The notes below the pieces were generated by a model. That model was not told where the DNA came from. It saw only the letters and a program-made list of their open reading frames with translations, and did not search any database. From Phoronis australis (lineage: Eukaryota; Animalia; Phoronida): 64,000 nt of DNA. Of the stretch, positions 38,701 to 51,803 are shown one piece after another (positions within the stretch are counted from its first letter, which is position 1; each line of letters opens with the position of its first letter). The position numbers and the translations under genes were made by a program. Where the stretch lies: positions 62,001 to 126,000 of the forward strand of contig NMRA01000330.1 of assembly GCA_002633005.1 (NCBI GenBank), read 5' to 3'.

Positions 38701-39245
38701 TATTTGTGAGAGTTAAATCAAATCCTATTCAGACCATAACTTTGAAGTGGAATGATTGGGTGAGTACGACAACAAGCCGGTTTTATGCTTAGGCGGACGA
38801 CCATTGGGTTCCCGAGTATACCTACCATTACATAGCATAGTGCATTGGCTGTGATTGTAATATAATATATACCTACTAGTACATAAAATAGTGCATTGCC
38901 TGTTATGGTTTAATAGTATATATGCACTAGTACATAAAATGGTGCACTACCGGTTATTGTATAATAGTATATACCTACCAGTACATAATATAGTGCATTG
39001 TCTATTATTGTATAATAGTATATACCTACCAGTACATAATATAGTGCATTGTCTATTATTGTATAATAGTATATACCTACCAGTACATAAAATAGTGCAT
39101 TGCCTGTTATGGTTTAATAGTATATATCCACTAGTACATAAAATGGTGCACTACCGGTTATTGTATAATAGTATATACCTACTAGTACATAAAATAGTGC
39201 ATTGCCTGTGATTGTATAATAGTATATATCTACAAGTAAATAAAA
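35737..39245. repeat. 51-bp satellite (~42 copies) in intron 1 of Ldh_2 copy A, split by an insertion at 37446-38815
   Basis: Unit GTGCATTGCCTGTGATTGTATAATAGTATATACCTACTAGTACATAAAATA. Confidence 0.95.
37446..38815. mobile_element. ~1.37-kb non-autonomous DNA transposon inserted into the satellite
   Basis: Degenerate TIRs (GTCCGGATACCTATCGTCGTC vs CTCGGGAACCCAATGGTCGTC), GGTCGTCCGCC/GGCGGACGACC IR, TATA on both flanks; the satellite unit resumes in register. Confidence 0.7.
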
Positions 39246-39394
39246 TGATTTGCTGCACCCCCTTTCAACTCTGTTACATTTACTTTACAAAGTAAACAAT
39301 GTTTCCTCAGTCCATTATGACCCGGCTACCTGAGCGTTCCTCACTCTATGGCACACGAGTGCTAGCAGCTGGTCACCCCCCCTCAATGAAAAGA

Positions 39395-39815
39395 ACCCTA
39401 GGTTGACACCCTAGCCGGTCAAGATTGGGCAACTCGATCGGTTTGCGAACCTTAGAATGTGCCGCTTTCAAGTTAGATCAAAGACACAATGCTGCTGTGG
39501 TTAATTAAATAACCTCAGGCTGTTTTTATCGTTCTCTAGATATTGAGACCATCATTAAACACAAAGTACTTCTAAGTTTTCGCTTTGAAAGTTTGTAAAA
39601 AACAATTATTTGAAAATGGTGAAAAGCATGCACGCGTGATTAGGTTTTTGAATTTTGAAAACTGGACAAGAAATGTGACTTTTTAAGCCAAAAACTTTTT
39701 TAAGGTTTCAATATGTCAAATTCTTCTGGGTGTGCCACATAATTGAGCCAGTTTCAACCACCAGGCAGCAGTTGGATATTGAGGTAAGACAAGTGCCATC
39801 GTACTAGTTGGCATG
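39395..39815 (+). repeat. Interspersed repeat family R1, copy 3
   Basis: Collinear with 9090-9535. Confidence 0.8.
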
Positions 39816-40147
39816 CCCAAAAGAACTGCAAAGTTTGTTCTAAGCTGGATTTTTGCCGGAGCATGGGCAACCAACAATACTGGAGAAGGGTGCCTAACAA
39901 TTTTTGAAGGAGAAATTACAAAGGACGTTTTTTCTGTTCTCTTTGGTGTCACCATGAGATCTTCCAACGAGACAGAACGCGAAAACTCGTAACCTTTTTA
40001 AACAGACCGTGGGAATGCTAATTACGTGACACTTATTCACTATGAATATTGCTTGAATTTCTAGACAAGAATGTCAGATTCACTATTTATTATAGCGAAA
40101 TATAAACTCTTTCATCAGTTCGCAATACAGTTTCCAAATCCTCTGTT

Positions 40148-40184
<37 letters not shown>

Positions 40185-41428
40185 CATGAGTGTCCTTAAA
40201 GAAGTCGGACTGTCTTAAAATCATGCACGCTCATTCGACATTACACTCTTTCACAGTGCTACGAACGGTGATGTATACAGTAGGTGGTGCTGTGTCAATC
40301 AGGCAACACAATAGTACATGTATACTCTTTCACAGTGCTACGAAAGGTAGCACCGCGGAATGTTGTTTAACATGGCTTCTCATTGGTTAAAGTAATGAAA
40401 CCAAAGTCATAACGTTCTGTCATTTCCATTGGTTGAAATCTGGGAAACCCCTTTCGGTTTACTTTTACTTAGTATGGCTACTACCTTTGACTTGGATAGC
40501 TGAAATTTATTAAAACGGGCTGTGATCGAAGTAAACAAAATCAAAGGAGCCCCTATCCAGTGGCTTAAGCAAAAAGAAGTGCAGTGCATAAAGGCGTGTG
40601 CAAGTGGTGGCCATGTCATTGGTATACTTCCGACAAGTCATGTGCATTGATGCCCACACACGGAATTCCATATGTTGTTCTCATGTTTTCACAGGGCCAC
40701 TTTTCAGTATAGATGGCGCTGTGTCAAAGAGTATGCTGATAATGTGACACGGAAATAGACGAACTTCACGTCCTGCTTGAAATCACCATTGTTGAACATT
40801 AAAGGTCAAGGGTCACATTTTCCCGCACAAGGGAAATTAGGCATATACATCGCCCTGAATGCCGCAAGCGTATAGGTGCGATAGTACATCCCTATAAAAA
40901 GTTACTCACTATAGACCATACGGGCGGCGCAGCACTGGAAAAAGTGGAAGGGGGACTATAGCCCCCTATGGTGCGCCGCCCATGAGTGATTTAAAGAGAC
41001 CTGCTTTGCTTTGCGGGAGAAAAATAGACGAAGTGACAAGCAGTTGACAGATCTTTTTTCTGTCTGCATTGTCCATAGGGGATAACGTAGCTTTTAAGCA
41101 CGCAAACAGAACAACACTCAACTTCTTATACCCTTCTGACACGCATCCACTGAGCACTGGCAATGGCTCGAGAAACTAATGTGGGTCGAATTCATGTGTC
41201 TGGCGGTGAGAAAAATCTAGCCAAAATCACATGCATGTTAATTCCAAGTGAAATGACAAATTGGCCTACAGCGTACTTTCATGAATTTCCAGTCCATTGC
41301 TACCAGCCTACCACCCCGGCGAAAAGAAGGTAGGCCGGCGCCGGTCTCGAGCGATATGAAAACTCTTCCACGCGGAATTCAGCTGGGTCAAATTCCGCGC
41401 TAAAAACACACGCCACAGAGTAAAAATA

Positions 41429-41695
41429 TATGAAGCGCCAAAGGGGTCTTAAACGAGGTACATTTCTACTAGTTGAAATGTGCTTAATCTACGTGCACTT
41501 TTGGTTAATCCATGAGTGCTTTTGCTTACTAATCTACGCGTACTTTCAGTTCGTAAACGGTCATCGTTCTGCTCTTAATTAATTTGAGATCACGGGTGTC
41601 ATTGGACTATATTAACTGACTAAAAGTACGGGTAGATTAAGCTCTAAGTTTCAACGCGTAGAACTGTACTCGTACGAACCCTTTGGCGCTTCATA
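41429..41695. mobile_element. MITE with ~70-bp imperfect TIRs
   Basis: TATGAAGCGCCAAAGGG ... CCCTTTGGCGCTTCATA, flanked by AAAATA on both sides. Confidence 0.75.
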
Positions 41696-43872
41696 AAAAT
41701 AACTATTTGCTGACTGCACGTTTCTACTAGTTCACCAACAGCCAAACAAATACATAGGACATTTCAATCATTCACGTGTCAGACTGACGCACGAAACGCC
41801 CTGTCTTGTGAAAGGTCGACGGTTGAAGAACACGCAGTGCTGGCCCAATGGACCACAGTTCGCAGTCACGTTATACTTACACGATTTTCACTCTGTTGTG
41901 GAATGGGAAGCCTGTGAATTGTTGACGCGTATGGGTTTTACACGTTAACGCGTGCAGGCTTAACTTTTAACGCGCAAATCTATTTCGTAACGGGTTAATG
42001 TGCTGCAAAGTTGAATGTTCGCACGGTGTATCGTGACACATCAAGCTGGTAGACACGGAGTCCAAGAACATATTGATTATTTAGACTTGTGCATATTTGT
42101 ACTTAATTAAATGCGGCAGCTTAACCCTTTCAGTTTTGTGTTAGTATTGTTCAGCTGAGACGGTGGAATCCGTTACTTTTTCCGTCTTGCTGACATATTG
42201 TCGTGAAGAAATTGACATATACCATAATGCAATGAGAAATAACCCCATAGACTGAAAACCCTGTGACTGAGTGGGACTGACCTGTTATGATGTGATGAGA
42301 GGACAGTTTCAGAGACAACTTCCACCATGCAGTTTGTCATTTCCTTTTTGAATCAATCATAAAACCGATACCCTAATAAATATCGAACTAACAAGGATAT
42401 ATTCAGAATTCGTAGTAATTTCTCGTGTGTATGAGCTATCGTTGATTTGGCCTATTTTAAATTCAGTGACAGATTTGGATCACTGCTGGCATATATAAAA
42501 AACAAAGAATAACAGCTTGTAAAACCATGACTATCACAACCTCAATCTAATGAAATTAGTAAAGGAGCAAATGCAAACTACAGACAAGCAACACTCTATG
42601 CACATTTACGCAGCGCATTAACACGTTATTCATTACAAACAGGCCTAGATTAACGCAGTTAACGTGTAAACCCGCGCACTCGTGAACAACTTACAGGCCT
42701 GTAATTCCATACTTTGTACTGTGCATAGGGGGTCGCTTGTTTAGCCCTCGTTACGGTACCAAGCTTGAAATATTCCGGTTCCAATTTTTTTGACTACCAG
42801 ACTGCGGTTGTGATTACAAGCTATTATTCGCGGTTATTTACAAACATGCCCACATTAAAGCCATCAAATTCAAAACCGTCCTGGCAAATCAATAAAAATG
42901 ATACCAAACCCGGTTTTGGCCCATTAACAGATATTAAAAGCGACTTTCCCATCCAGGTCTCTAAAATAAAACAATGCTCTTGGAAAACTTCAACAGATTG
43001 GAGGAAAATGTGAAAACTCAATTGGAAGTCTGCCAAACGAGCTAGCAAGCGTGAAGTACACTTTTAGCGAATTACACGGCGATCACGTGGGGAAAAACAA
43101 CGTACTAAGGGCTATAATGCCCAATCTATGACACAGGGAGTATCCGTTTTAATAAATAATTCCTGCCTTTATAAACTTGGAAGATTGATGACTATGATGC
43201 ATCAGCAGGTGACGGAACGAGGATTGATTGAAATCATCAAAACATAATCCTAATAACGACCGTGAATTAACATACACGCTGACAATGACATTGAATTGTG
43301 AGCACATCTCTGTTACAGTTAGATAGTTGTCAGGGCATCGTTCTTTTATCATTGGTTCCAAAACGAAATGCCAGTTCAGCTAACTAACACTCTCTGACTG
43401 ACCGCTACATCATAAACAGATCAGTCCCAATCAGTCCCAGATGGTTCTAATCAATCTCAGCGGTCATTTTTACTTCCATCGTGAACTTCATCAAGACACT
43501 AAGAAAGACAGTTGCAACGGTAACGAATTCCACTGCATCTGTCAGTTTCTGAATATATTCACGTACAAATGAAAGGACGAAGTTGCCGTGCAGTAAGTAA
43601 TCAATCAGGGTTTTACACGTTAATTAAGTTAACGCGTACAGGCTTGACTAATTAACGCGCTAATCTATTTCGTAACGGATTACGTGCTGCGAATATGAAT
43701 CATCGCCTTGCGAACATGCACAGGAGACCCCGCTTTCTGGTTACTGCGGGCATGATTTGCACGGTTCCTAGCTCCATCTTAACTCAGGCATGGTATCCGA
43801 CTGGTCTAGCATCTATGTTCAATTTGACCCTGGCGAGAGACCAAGTGACGCAAACCATATCCGTATTCATAC

Positions 43873-44035
43873 CTAACCGATTCAAACCATGGCTGAAATG
43901 ACCGCGGTAATCAGCCACCGCTAACAATTCAGCCAGGTCGCAAGCGTGCTCCTCCTTTGTACCCACTGCTACCATGCACTTTGTGACAAATCTCTTTACT
44001 TCGTCGACAGGCACCACCACTTCGTCGTGCGACAT
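43873..44035 (-). CDS. Ldh_2-family oxidoreductase (YjmC/ComC-like) copy A, exon 1
   Basis: MSHDEVVVPVDEVKRF...ADYRGHFSHGLNRL (family motif AD.RG..SHG), donor gtatga, phase 1. The 12 exons join to 1074 nt (357 aa). Confidence 0.9.
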
Positions 44036-45853
44036 TTTCGCCTATTTGTCACCGCTGGGCTCTGGGATGCACACAGAAGAGGAGGCAACCATGCAGTATG
44101 TGTGTAACAGCTGGGACATTCCGTCTCAGTGCTTTGGTAACTAAATACATTTACACATGTGCAGATCGGTTGACTTCACTTGGTACCCACACAGGGCTAA
44201 CATCCTGACGTCACTGATAACGTATAACCCGGCAATCCAGAAAGAGTATGAGTGAAGCAGTGCCGGACCCGGGGTCCAGTAGCGGTGGCGAGACTCGCAT
44301 CTCGCCCACGAATCACTCACCAAGACTTGATGGACACAATCTCTTTTTGCTCAAGATTAGTCACACAAATGACGTCGATGGCACATGCAGGCAGGTCCGG
44401 TCCTCTTAACAAAAATTATCTTTAATTTAGTTCCATGGGTATATTGGCTGCACGTTTATAATCCCAGGCGAGTCAACTGACTCGTAGGCTTGACACGGTG
44501 ACTACACACAGGAACTTGGTTTCTAGTTGTGAACAGTGCGGGGCCGGAGAACTAAGTAGAGTAAGTTTGATTTTATGTGCATGAGGACCCGTCGATTTCT
44601 CTTGAAATGACAAATGGCGAGAACAACACTTGGTGATAAATTTATGCTACCAGCTCTGAAGGGGTGTTTCAAGTTCGGACACCGAAATTTACAGAGTACT
44701 GAAGTTTGGTTGCGGACTTCTTTGGTCAGCCGATGTAAAGTAAAATAGAGCATATAGGTGGGCAGTCAGAGAATGAAAAAAGGAGGTTTTGGCCAGAGTT
44801 TTGAGTTGGGAGGGACACGGCAGATATACTTTATCCATTTGGCCACCAGACCAGATTCGCACCCCGAACTGCCAAATGAAATCTGGGAGACTTTTTTAGC
44901 CCCCTCCCCACCCCAAATCCGCCATTGTTGGCAACCCTGCGGATATATGTTGCGTGGGAATGACAGATGAACCGTTTGACAAATTCATTGATGACCTTTC
45001 GAAAGACAAAGGTTTTAACTTCTAAACTCTCGCGTTCACTTATATACGTATAGAAAACGCGTGTGAATTGGTTTTGCGTGTCCCTCCTACCTTCAAGATG
45101 ATGATCATGAACGCGTTCAACTGACTCGTTGTATTGTCGGCTTGCACGAAACCAACTGTGTGCTGGAGGCCGCGGAACGAGGCTGCAGGCGACAGTGTTC
45201 GGCTAATTACGAAATAAATGCGAGTGGGTTCGAAATGCCAGATGTAAAGGCCACCAGGTGGTAATTGGTACTCAATTTTTACATTTTACATCGCAGACAT
45301 AGAGTCCGTGCCTGTTGATGCCGTAAAATGCTCTGTCGGACCATAACGCCAGTTCATCTAGGACCGTGACGGAGAATGCATTCCAAGCAAAAAGGGATGG
45401 TTGTAATTTTCAAAGCAATGTTAAATTACGCTATATTACACGTTCAGCATGAGAAAGCTGTTAAACTATTGTTATGCTGAGCTCCGAGTCAGTTGGGTAA
45501 TCGGTTTCTGCAGAGACGCCCCAAGGCACTTGTAGGCCTACGCGAGGCTACTTGGCTCTTACATGGGCGGCCAGGATTTTTCTGAGACTGATTCAAAACT
45601 GATGTTAAAAATGGCACTGATTTCAAAGTAAAAAGTTTTACAACTTCCATTAAAACAGCCTGAAAACACCACTCAGTACATTTAATATATAAAAACAAAC
45701 ACAATCGCACTGCCTTTGCGCATGTAATCTCGCCTTGTTTCCACAAGGGCTGGTAACGAAATAAGGCACTGGTTGAAGCGGACAAAAACCCGGCAGATTG
45801 AAAAAGTACATAACGCCAGGAAAAGGCTCACAGAGTGAGAGACACAGAGCTAG

Positions 45854-47300
45854 CATTTCAACTTATTCAACTATTCCCACTAATCGCTGCGCCACCTGCA
45901 GGGATAGGCTGATTACAAACATTATGTCAGCTACAGGCTCACAGCTTGACAAACGCAGAACCCACATTTTAACTAATTCAACTATTCCCACTAATCGCTA
46001 TGCCACCTACAGGCAGACAGATAAAGCACATCGCGCTGGCAAAAGGCTCACCAGACACAGAACACGCATTTCAACTAATTCAACTATTCCCACTAATCGC
46101 TGCGCTACCTACAGGAACAGACTGATAACAATCATGACATCAGCAAAAGGCTCTCAACTTGACAGACACAGAACATGGAAACACGGTTAGGTAGATCAAG
46201 TAGAAAATGCATTTCAACTAATTCAAATACTCTTACTAATGGCTGCGCCACCTGTGGGCAGGTAGATAACGTACATAACGTCATCATCAAGATCACGATT
46301 TTAGAGACTCCAAACACGCATTTCAACTAATTCAAGTATTCCATTAATCAATACGCCACTTGAAGGCAGAAATATAAGGCCACCTACGGGGATGACCCAC
46401 TAAATAACGGGTAGATAAAATTAGGTAGATCAAGTAGAGCAGGTAGATAAAGTTCATGATATAATCAATGGGGTCACCATTTTAGAGACTCCATCCACGC
46501 ATTTCAACTAATTCAACTATCCCCACTAATCGCTATGCCACCTGCAGGCAGACAGATAAAGCACATGGCGCTGACAAAAGGCTCACCAGACACAGAACAC
46601 GCCTTTCAACTAATTCAACTATTCCCACTAATCGTTGCGCCACCTACAGGAACAGACTGATAACAATCATGACATTAGCAAAAGGCTCACAACTTAAGAG
46701 ACACAGAAGAGGCATCCGAAGTAATTCAACTATTTCCACTAATCACTGCGCCACCTGCAGGAACAGAGAACGTACATGACATCATCAACTGGCTCACAAG
46801 TTTAGAAACTTCAAACACGCATTTCAACTAATTCAACTATTCCCACTAATCTCTACGCCACCTGCAGGCACACCTGATATCAAACATGAAGTCAGCAACA
46901 GGCCCACAACTTGAGAGACAGAGAACACACATTTCAACTAATTCAACTATTCCCACTAATTGTTGCGCCACCTGCAGGCAAGTCAGTGACTCGGGTCTTT
47001 CTGTCTCACATTGTCAGTGATACTTTAGATGGCGCTACAATTGGTTGAATTAGTTGAATTAGTTGAATAGCTCAGTGCTGGATAGGTTGAGCTGACTTGG
47101 GATTTGTTGGATTCAACTAATTCAACGATTCCTACTAATCAGTGCGTCACCTGTGGACAGGGGGCTAACTTACATGATGTCATCCACAAGCTCAATGTTA
47201 GAGACACCAATCACGCATTTCAACTAATTCAACTATTCCCACTAATCGCTGCGCTACCTGCAGGGGCAGTTTGATAACAAACATGATGTCAGCAATAGTC
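45854..47300. repeat. ~110-bp satellite, 12 units with a conserved ~48-bp core containing a CTCF-like motif
   Basis: Core CATTTCAACTAATTCAACTATTCCCACTAATCGCTGCGCCACCTGCAGG at 45854, 45965, 46067, 46210, 46319, 46500, 46602, 46713, 46820, 46930, ~47110 and 47216. Confidence 0.92.
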
Positions 47301-47400
47301 TTACATCAGTGGTGATGACAGGATAAGTTGAGATAAGTTGGGATTAGTTGGGTACAACTAAACATTCTGACATGTATGGCAGGATGCCATAATTTTGTAT

Positions 47401-47918
47401 TCCCATACGAAAATATTCAATAGGATCCTATGGGACTCCTATGGGATCAAGAAATTCCTATAGGAATATCGATTTCCTATAGGAAATATTTCACAAATCA
47501 GATTTCTAAACATTTTAACAAACAAATAGCCTAAGAGTATATAGTAAAATATCGGTTTGTTTTTTAGTAATTTCAGCTCTTCTGAGTCATTCATTTTTGT
47601 AAATTTTAATATTCAGGCGAGTCTTAATACATGTTCAAGTTTGTTAAGTGCTTCGTAGAATCCTATTGAACTTCCTATAGAATCCTAATGAACTGCCTAC
47701 TCGGGGTTTATTAAAGTCTTATACGAATTCCTATAGGTTTTTTATAGGATACCCTAAAGGATTTCTATAGGATTTCCTGTTGGATGCTTTAGGAAATCTT
47801 ATATGATCCTACTGGATTTCCTATAGAATCCAATAGGAAATCCTATAGGATCTAATAGGAAATCCTAGTAGGATCATATAGGATCCAATAGGAAATCCTA
47901 TTCGAATTTTTCGTAAGA
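47401..47918 (-). mobile_element. Non-autonomous element with TCCTATAGGA subrepeats (copy 2)
   Basis: Inverted homologue of 4430-4938. Confidence 0.7.
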
Positions 47919-48370
47919 CGCCGGCTCTAGAATTTTGAGTTGGGGGAGGGCAGGGCAGAGTAGGCCATTAGCCAGGATTTTGCCTGTCTGACATTCGTAC
48001 CCGCGAACTGCCAAATAGAATCTGGAATTATTTTGGGGGCATGTCCCCCCGCCCCACTAAACCCGCTACAGCTCTGTTAAACTTGAGTTGTTACCTAAAA
48101 CGGATATAGAGTTGGACCTATTACTCTCATCAAAAACCGTCCCATATCACATCTTTGGCGACAGGAGTCAACAATTTCCGTTACCAAACGAGCACAGTGG
48201 AACCAATCAGCGACTCAAGAAAATGCTTCAGAGATGGGATGATAACCTCTAAATTCAAGACGCATTCCTCCAGAGTTCCATCAGCTCAAATAAGAGGTGT
48301 ATCGCACGAGGGGTAGGCCTACACAAGTCAAGTCGCTCAATTACACTGCTCGTACAGGTTACACAATTAA

Positions 48371-49552
48371 AGGCGAAGACAACCTTATTCCATGTCATTT
48401 TGAGCAAAAATAAGGTTGGTTGATTATCCTAGACATATTTTCCACTTAATTACAGCTTCTCGTAATTTTGTTAATTACTCGTCCGCTACTGCGGAAGTGA
48501 CGTTGTAGGAGGCAAGCATTTCGCGCCAATTTCTTTTCATATAGTCTGACTGTGAAAGCTGCCGAGTCAGTCATTGTTCTACCTCGGTTATGTTAAGTTC
48601 CGTCGTCGTTTGCTTTCATTTACTAGTCAGTCAACATGCCACACTGTTGCTGCGTACCGGAATGTACTATTTATCGGCTCACGCGCGCTTTGGGAGTGCC
48701 TTTGCATCGCTTTCCGATGATGACACACTTCGCCGTACTTGGCTCGTTCGTGTGAAGAACGCAGCGTTACCCGTCCACGCAACGTACAAAGCAGTGGAGA
48801 ATTACCGTGTGTGTGACAAGCACTTTCTGCCGTCCGATTACGAAAGGAATCTGTACGCTGAACTGATGAAGGTCCCTGCGAAACAACGCCTGAAGAAGGA
48901 TGCCATTCCGTCTGTGTTGATTCCCGGCAGTGCCCCGTCGCCACCCCCGAGAAGTGCGTTTTTGAAGCGAGAAGCCTCGCGAGCTGTGGCCAGTACAGNN
49001 NNNNNNNNNNNNNNNNNNNNNNNNNNNNNNNNNNNNNNNNNNNNNNNNNNNNNNNNNNNNNNNNNNNNNNNNNNNNNNNNNNNNNNNNNNNNNNNNNNNN
49101 NNNNNNNNNNNNNNNNNNNNNNNNNNNNNNNNNNNNNNNNNNNNNNNNNNNNNNNNNNNNNNNNNNNNNNNNNNNNNNNNNNNNNNNNNNNNNNNNNNNN
49201 NNNNNNNNNNNNNNNNNNNNNNNNNNNNNNNNNNNNNNNNNNNNNNNNNNNNNNNNNNNNNNNNNNNNNNNNNNNNNNNNNNNNNNNNNNNNNNNNNNNN
49301 NNNNNNNNNNNNNNNNNNNNNNNNNNNNNNNNNNNNNNNNNNNNNAAAAGTAGAATAGAACAGATTCGCACGGTAAAGTCAACGCAAAACCAAGTGGCGG
49401 AAAACGCTTGCCTCCTAAAACGTCACTTCCGGAGTAGCGGACGAGTATTTAATAAAATTACGAAAAGCTGTAATTAAATGGAAAATATGTCTAGGATAAC
49501 CAACCAACCTTATTTTAGCTCAAAATGACATGGAAAAAGGTTGCCTTCGCCT
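48371..49552 (+). mobile_element. Kolobok-like DNA transposon derivative (THAP domain, ~160-bp TIRs, TTAA TSD)
   Basis: TTAA|AGGCGAAG...CTTCGCCT|TTAA; long imperfect TIRs; internal THAP-coding sequence; 347-N gap at 48999-49345. Confidence 0.82.
48636..48998 (+). pseudogene. Frameshifted THAP zinc-finger domain (transposase N-terminus)
   Basis: MPHCCCVPEC...LHRFP (frame of 48636), then a -1 shift near 48716 to DDDTLRRTWL...RVCDKHF..SDY...RLKKDAIPSV; C2CH residues and AVPT-like box present. Confidence 0.82.
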
Positions 49553-49629
49553 TTAAGTTTGCACAACATTCTTTCACAGTGCTACGAAAGGTATAGGTGG
49601 CGCTGAGTCAGAGGGTAGGGTCATATCAG

Positions 49630-49896
49630 CCCTTACAAAAATGAACTTAAGTTTTCATCGAAAAACTTCAGTTTTTGGTCTGAAAAACTTAAGTTTTCAC
49701 TCACGAAAACTTAAGTTTTTCGCGAAAAATTAAGTATTTTGGAACAAGTTTTTTGGAACGAACTTAAGTTTTCATGACTTAAGTTTTCAAGAACTTACGT
49801 TTTTCCTCTAAAGCTTAAGTTATTTTCCAGAAACTTATTTTTTTTCGCCAAAAACTTATATTTTCAGCGAAAAACTGAAGTTCATTTTTGTAAGGG
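49630..49896. mobile_element. MITE with perfect 19-bp TIRs and internal AAAACTTAAGTTTT palindromes
   Basis: CCCTTACAAAAATGAACTT ... AAGTTCATTTTTGTAAGGG. Confidence 0.85.
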
Positions 49897-51106
49897 AAGA
49901 ACAGCAGTTGCAATGCGTAGTATTTCAATTTTTCTGTTGTAATTAACGGATTTTTCTGCTCATACCATTACCACGGACGCTCATGACAGCGAAAACCGCA
50001 ATTATTACAGGCATAATCCAACAGGAGCAAAATCAGGCCTCATTTGGCTCAGACTAATCACTCATGCATTGATTGCGCCATGAATAAAAGAATTTTCGGA
50101 TGAACTGAGCCACCTATTTGTCAACACAGATAAACACAGAACCTATAAAGGTTAGCATGAGTGTTCTTAAGTTATTTGCTCATTTATTTTTTTTGTTTTT
50201 GATTAGATAAACAACACAAATCATGTCTTCCGCGTATACGGAACTTTATCCAGACTCGAGTGTCGCGCAACTTGCACGGGAACGCATAATGGACTAAACT
50301 GATATCTGGACAAGCCTCGCTTTAGAAACAGGACTATCCACTGGGGCTGAATCCAAATGGGAAGTTTTTGTAATGGTTTGGCTGGATTGTTCACTATAAA
50401 GTCACACACTAGCAACCCCGCGCAGATCCAGACTACCTCACTATCAACACCGATTGCGAGGAAGACCGTGTAGGCCTCTCATGAGGGTTCGTTGGCATTA
50501 CAACGAAAAAATTCAATTTTCTACAACAACTCAGCTTTGATAGTCGAAAAATTCCTACACGAATGGTGACGAGAACCGGCAGCTCTTATCCCCGACAACC
50601 ACAACCCGTATCTGTCGGCCCAAATCCGAGTCCCTCCTGGCCCGGTCAGTCACAAAAATCAAGTGGTTAATACTTGTATACTTAAAACAGGTTCTAGAGG
50701 ACCTAAAGGTGAGTCAACAATGGACTCCTCCATAGAACACACCTGCAACTTTTCATCATGCTTCTTCATGTAGTTTGGAGGATAGGGAGGCGGGCAACAA
50801 TAAAAACAACAATGGGACAAAATCCGTCTGAAACAGGACTTGAACTGTCTTCTACCTTAGATAACAAATTCCATGCGCATCCATCAAGGAATTTGATGGC
50901 TTTCAAGACAAGTGCCCAGAAAAACAAAATGGCCACCATTGCCAGTAGTTCAGATTTGACACAAAATCCACAGTATTGTTCTCACCTCAGTAAAAACTCA
51001 TAGATTTGATGTGATGTAGATCCGCACTATCAAATAACTTAGCAGATATTTAGCCACATGCTGTGAGTATTTGCAGGGTTTAGGGAAAAGGTGGGTTTTA
51101 TTGATT

Positions 51107-51265
51107 ATTTTTATTAATTCATTTAGTGGTCACAATATTTTTATTAATTCATTTAGTGGTCACAATATTTTTATTAATTCATTTAGTGGTCACAATATTT
51201 TTATTAATTCATTTAGTGGTCACAATATTTTTATTAATTCATTTAGTGGTCACAATATTTTTATT
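51107..51265. repeat. 30-bp minisatellite, ~5 copies
   Basis: Perfect ATTTAGTGGTCACAATATTTTTATTAATTC repeats. Confidence 0.95.
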
Positions 51266-51480
51266 ATTTAAGGATAGTAACTGACAACTGTAGCTGGACA
51301 CCGACCTGGTATCTTCCCTTTTTCATGTATCAATGAACATTTGTAGTTTACCGAAAGACAATTTATTATGGATTGTTCATTGTTGACAGTTTAATTAGCG
51401 TGATAAAACACAGTTTGGATATGTCATTGAGACTAAAATCTGTTGCATATGGAATTCTTGCTGAGTGCCATACTGCTGAG

Positions 51481-51803
51481 TATACATATACACAATATAC
51501 TGTATACACATACACAATATACAGTATACACATACACAATATACAGTATACACATACACGATATACAGTATACACATACACAATATACTGTATACACATA
51601 CACAATATACAGTATACACATACACAATATACAGTATACACATACACAATATACTGTATACACATACACAATATACAGTATACACATACACAATATACAG
51701 TATACATATACACAATATACTCTATACATATACACAATATACTCTATACATATATACAATATACTGTATACAAATACACAATATACAGTATACATATACA
51801 CAA
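51481..51803. repeat. 22-bp minisatellite, ~14 copies
   Basis: Unit TATACACATACACAATATACAG with variants. Confidence 0.93.

Noticed and set aside
36276-39211. Cys/Tyr/His-rich repetitive ORFs
   Set aside because: Translations of the 51-bp satellite on both strands, with no splice or domain support.
40252-40345. RSS/Transib heptamer CACAGTG(CTAC), also at 49575
   Set aside because: No nonamer at 12/23 spacing, and the copies share sequence 5' of CAC, so it is internal to a small repeat.
45854-47300. CRISPR array
   Set aside because: Eukaryotic context with no cas genes; the spacers are homologous to each other and the repeats vary, so this is a satellite.
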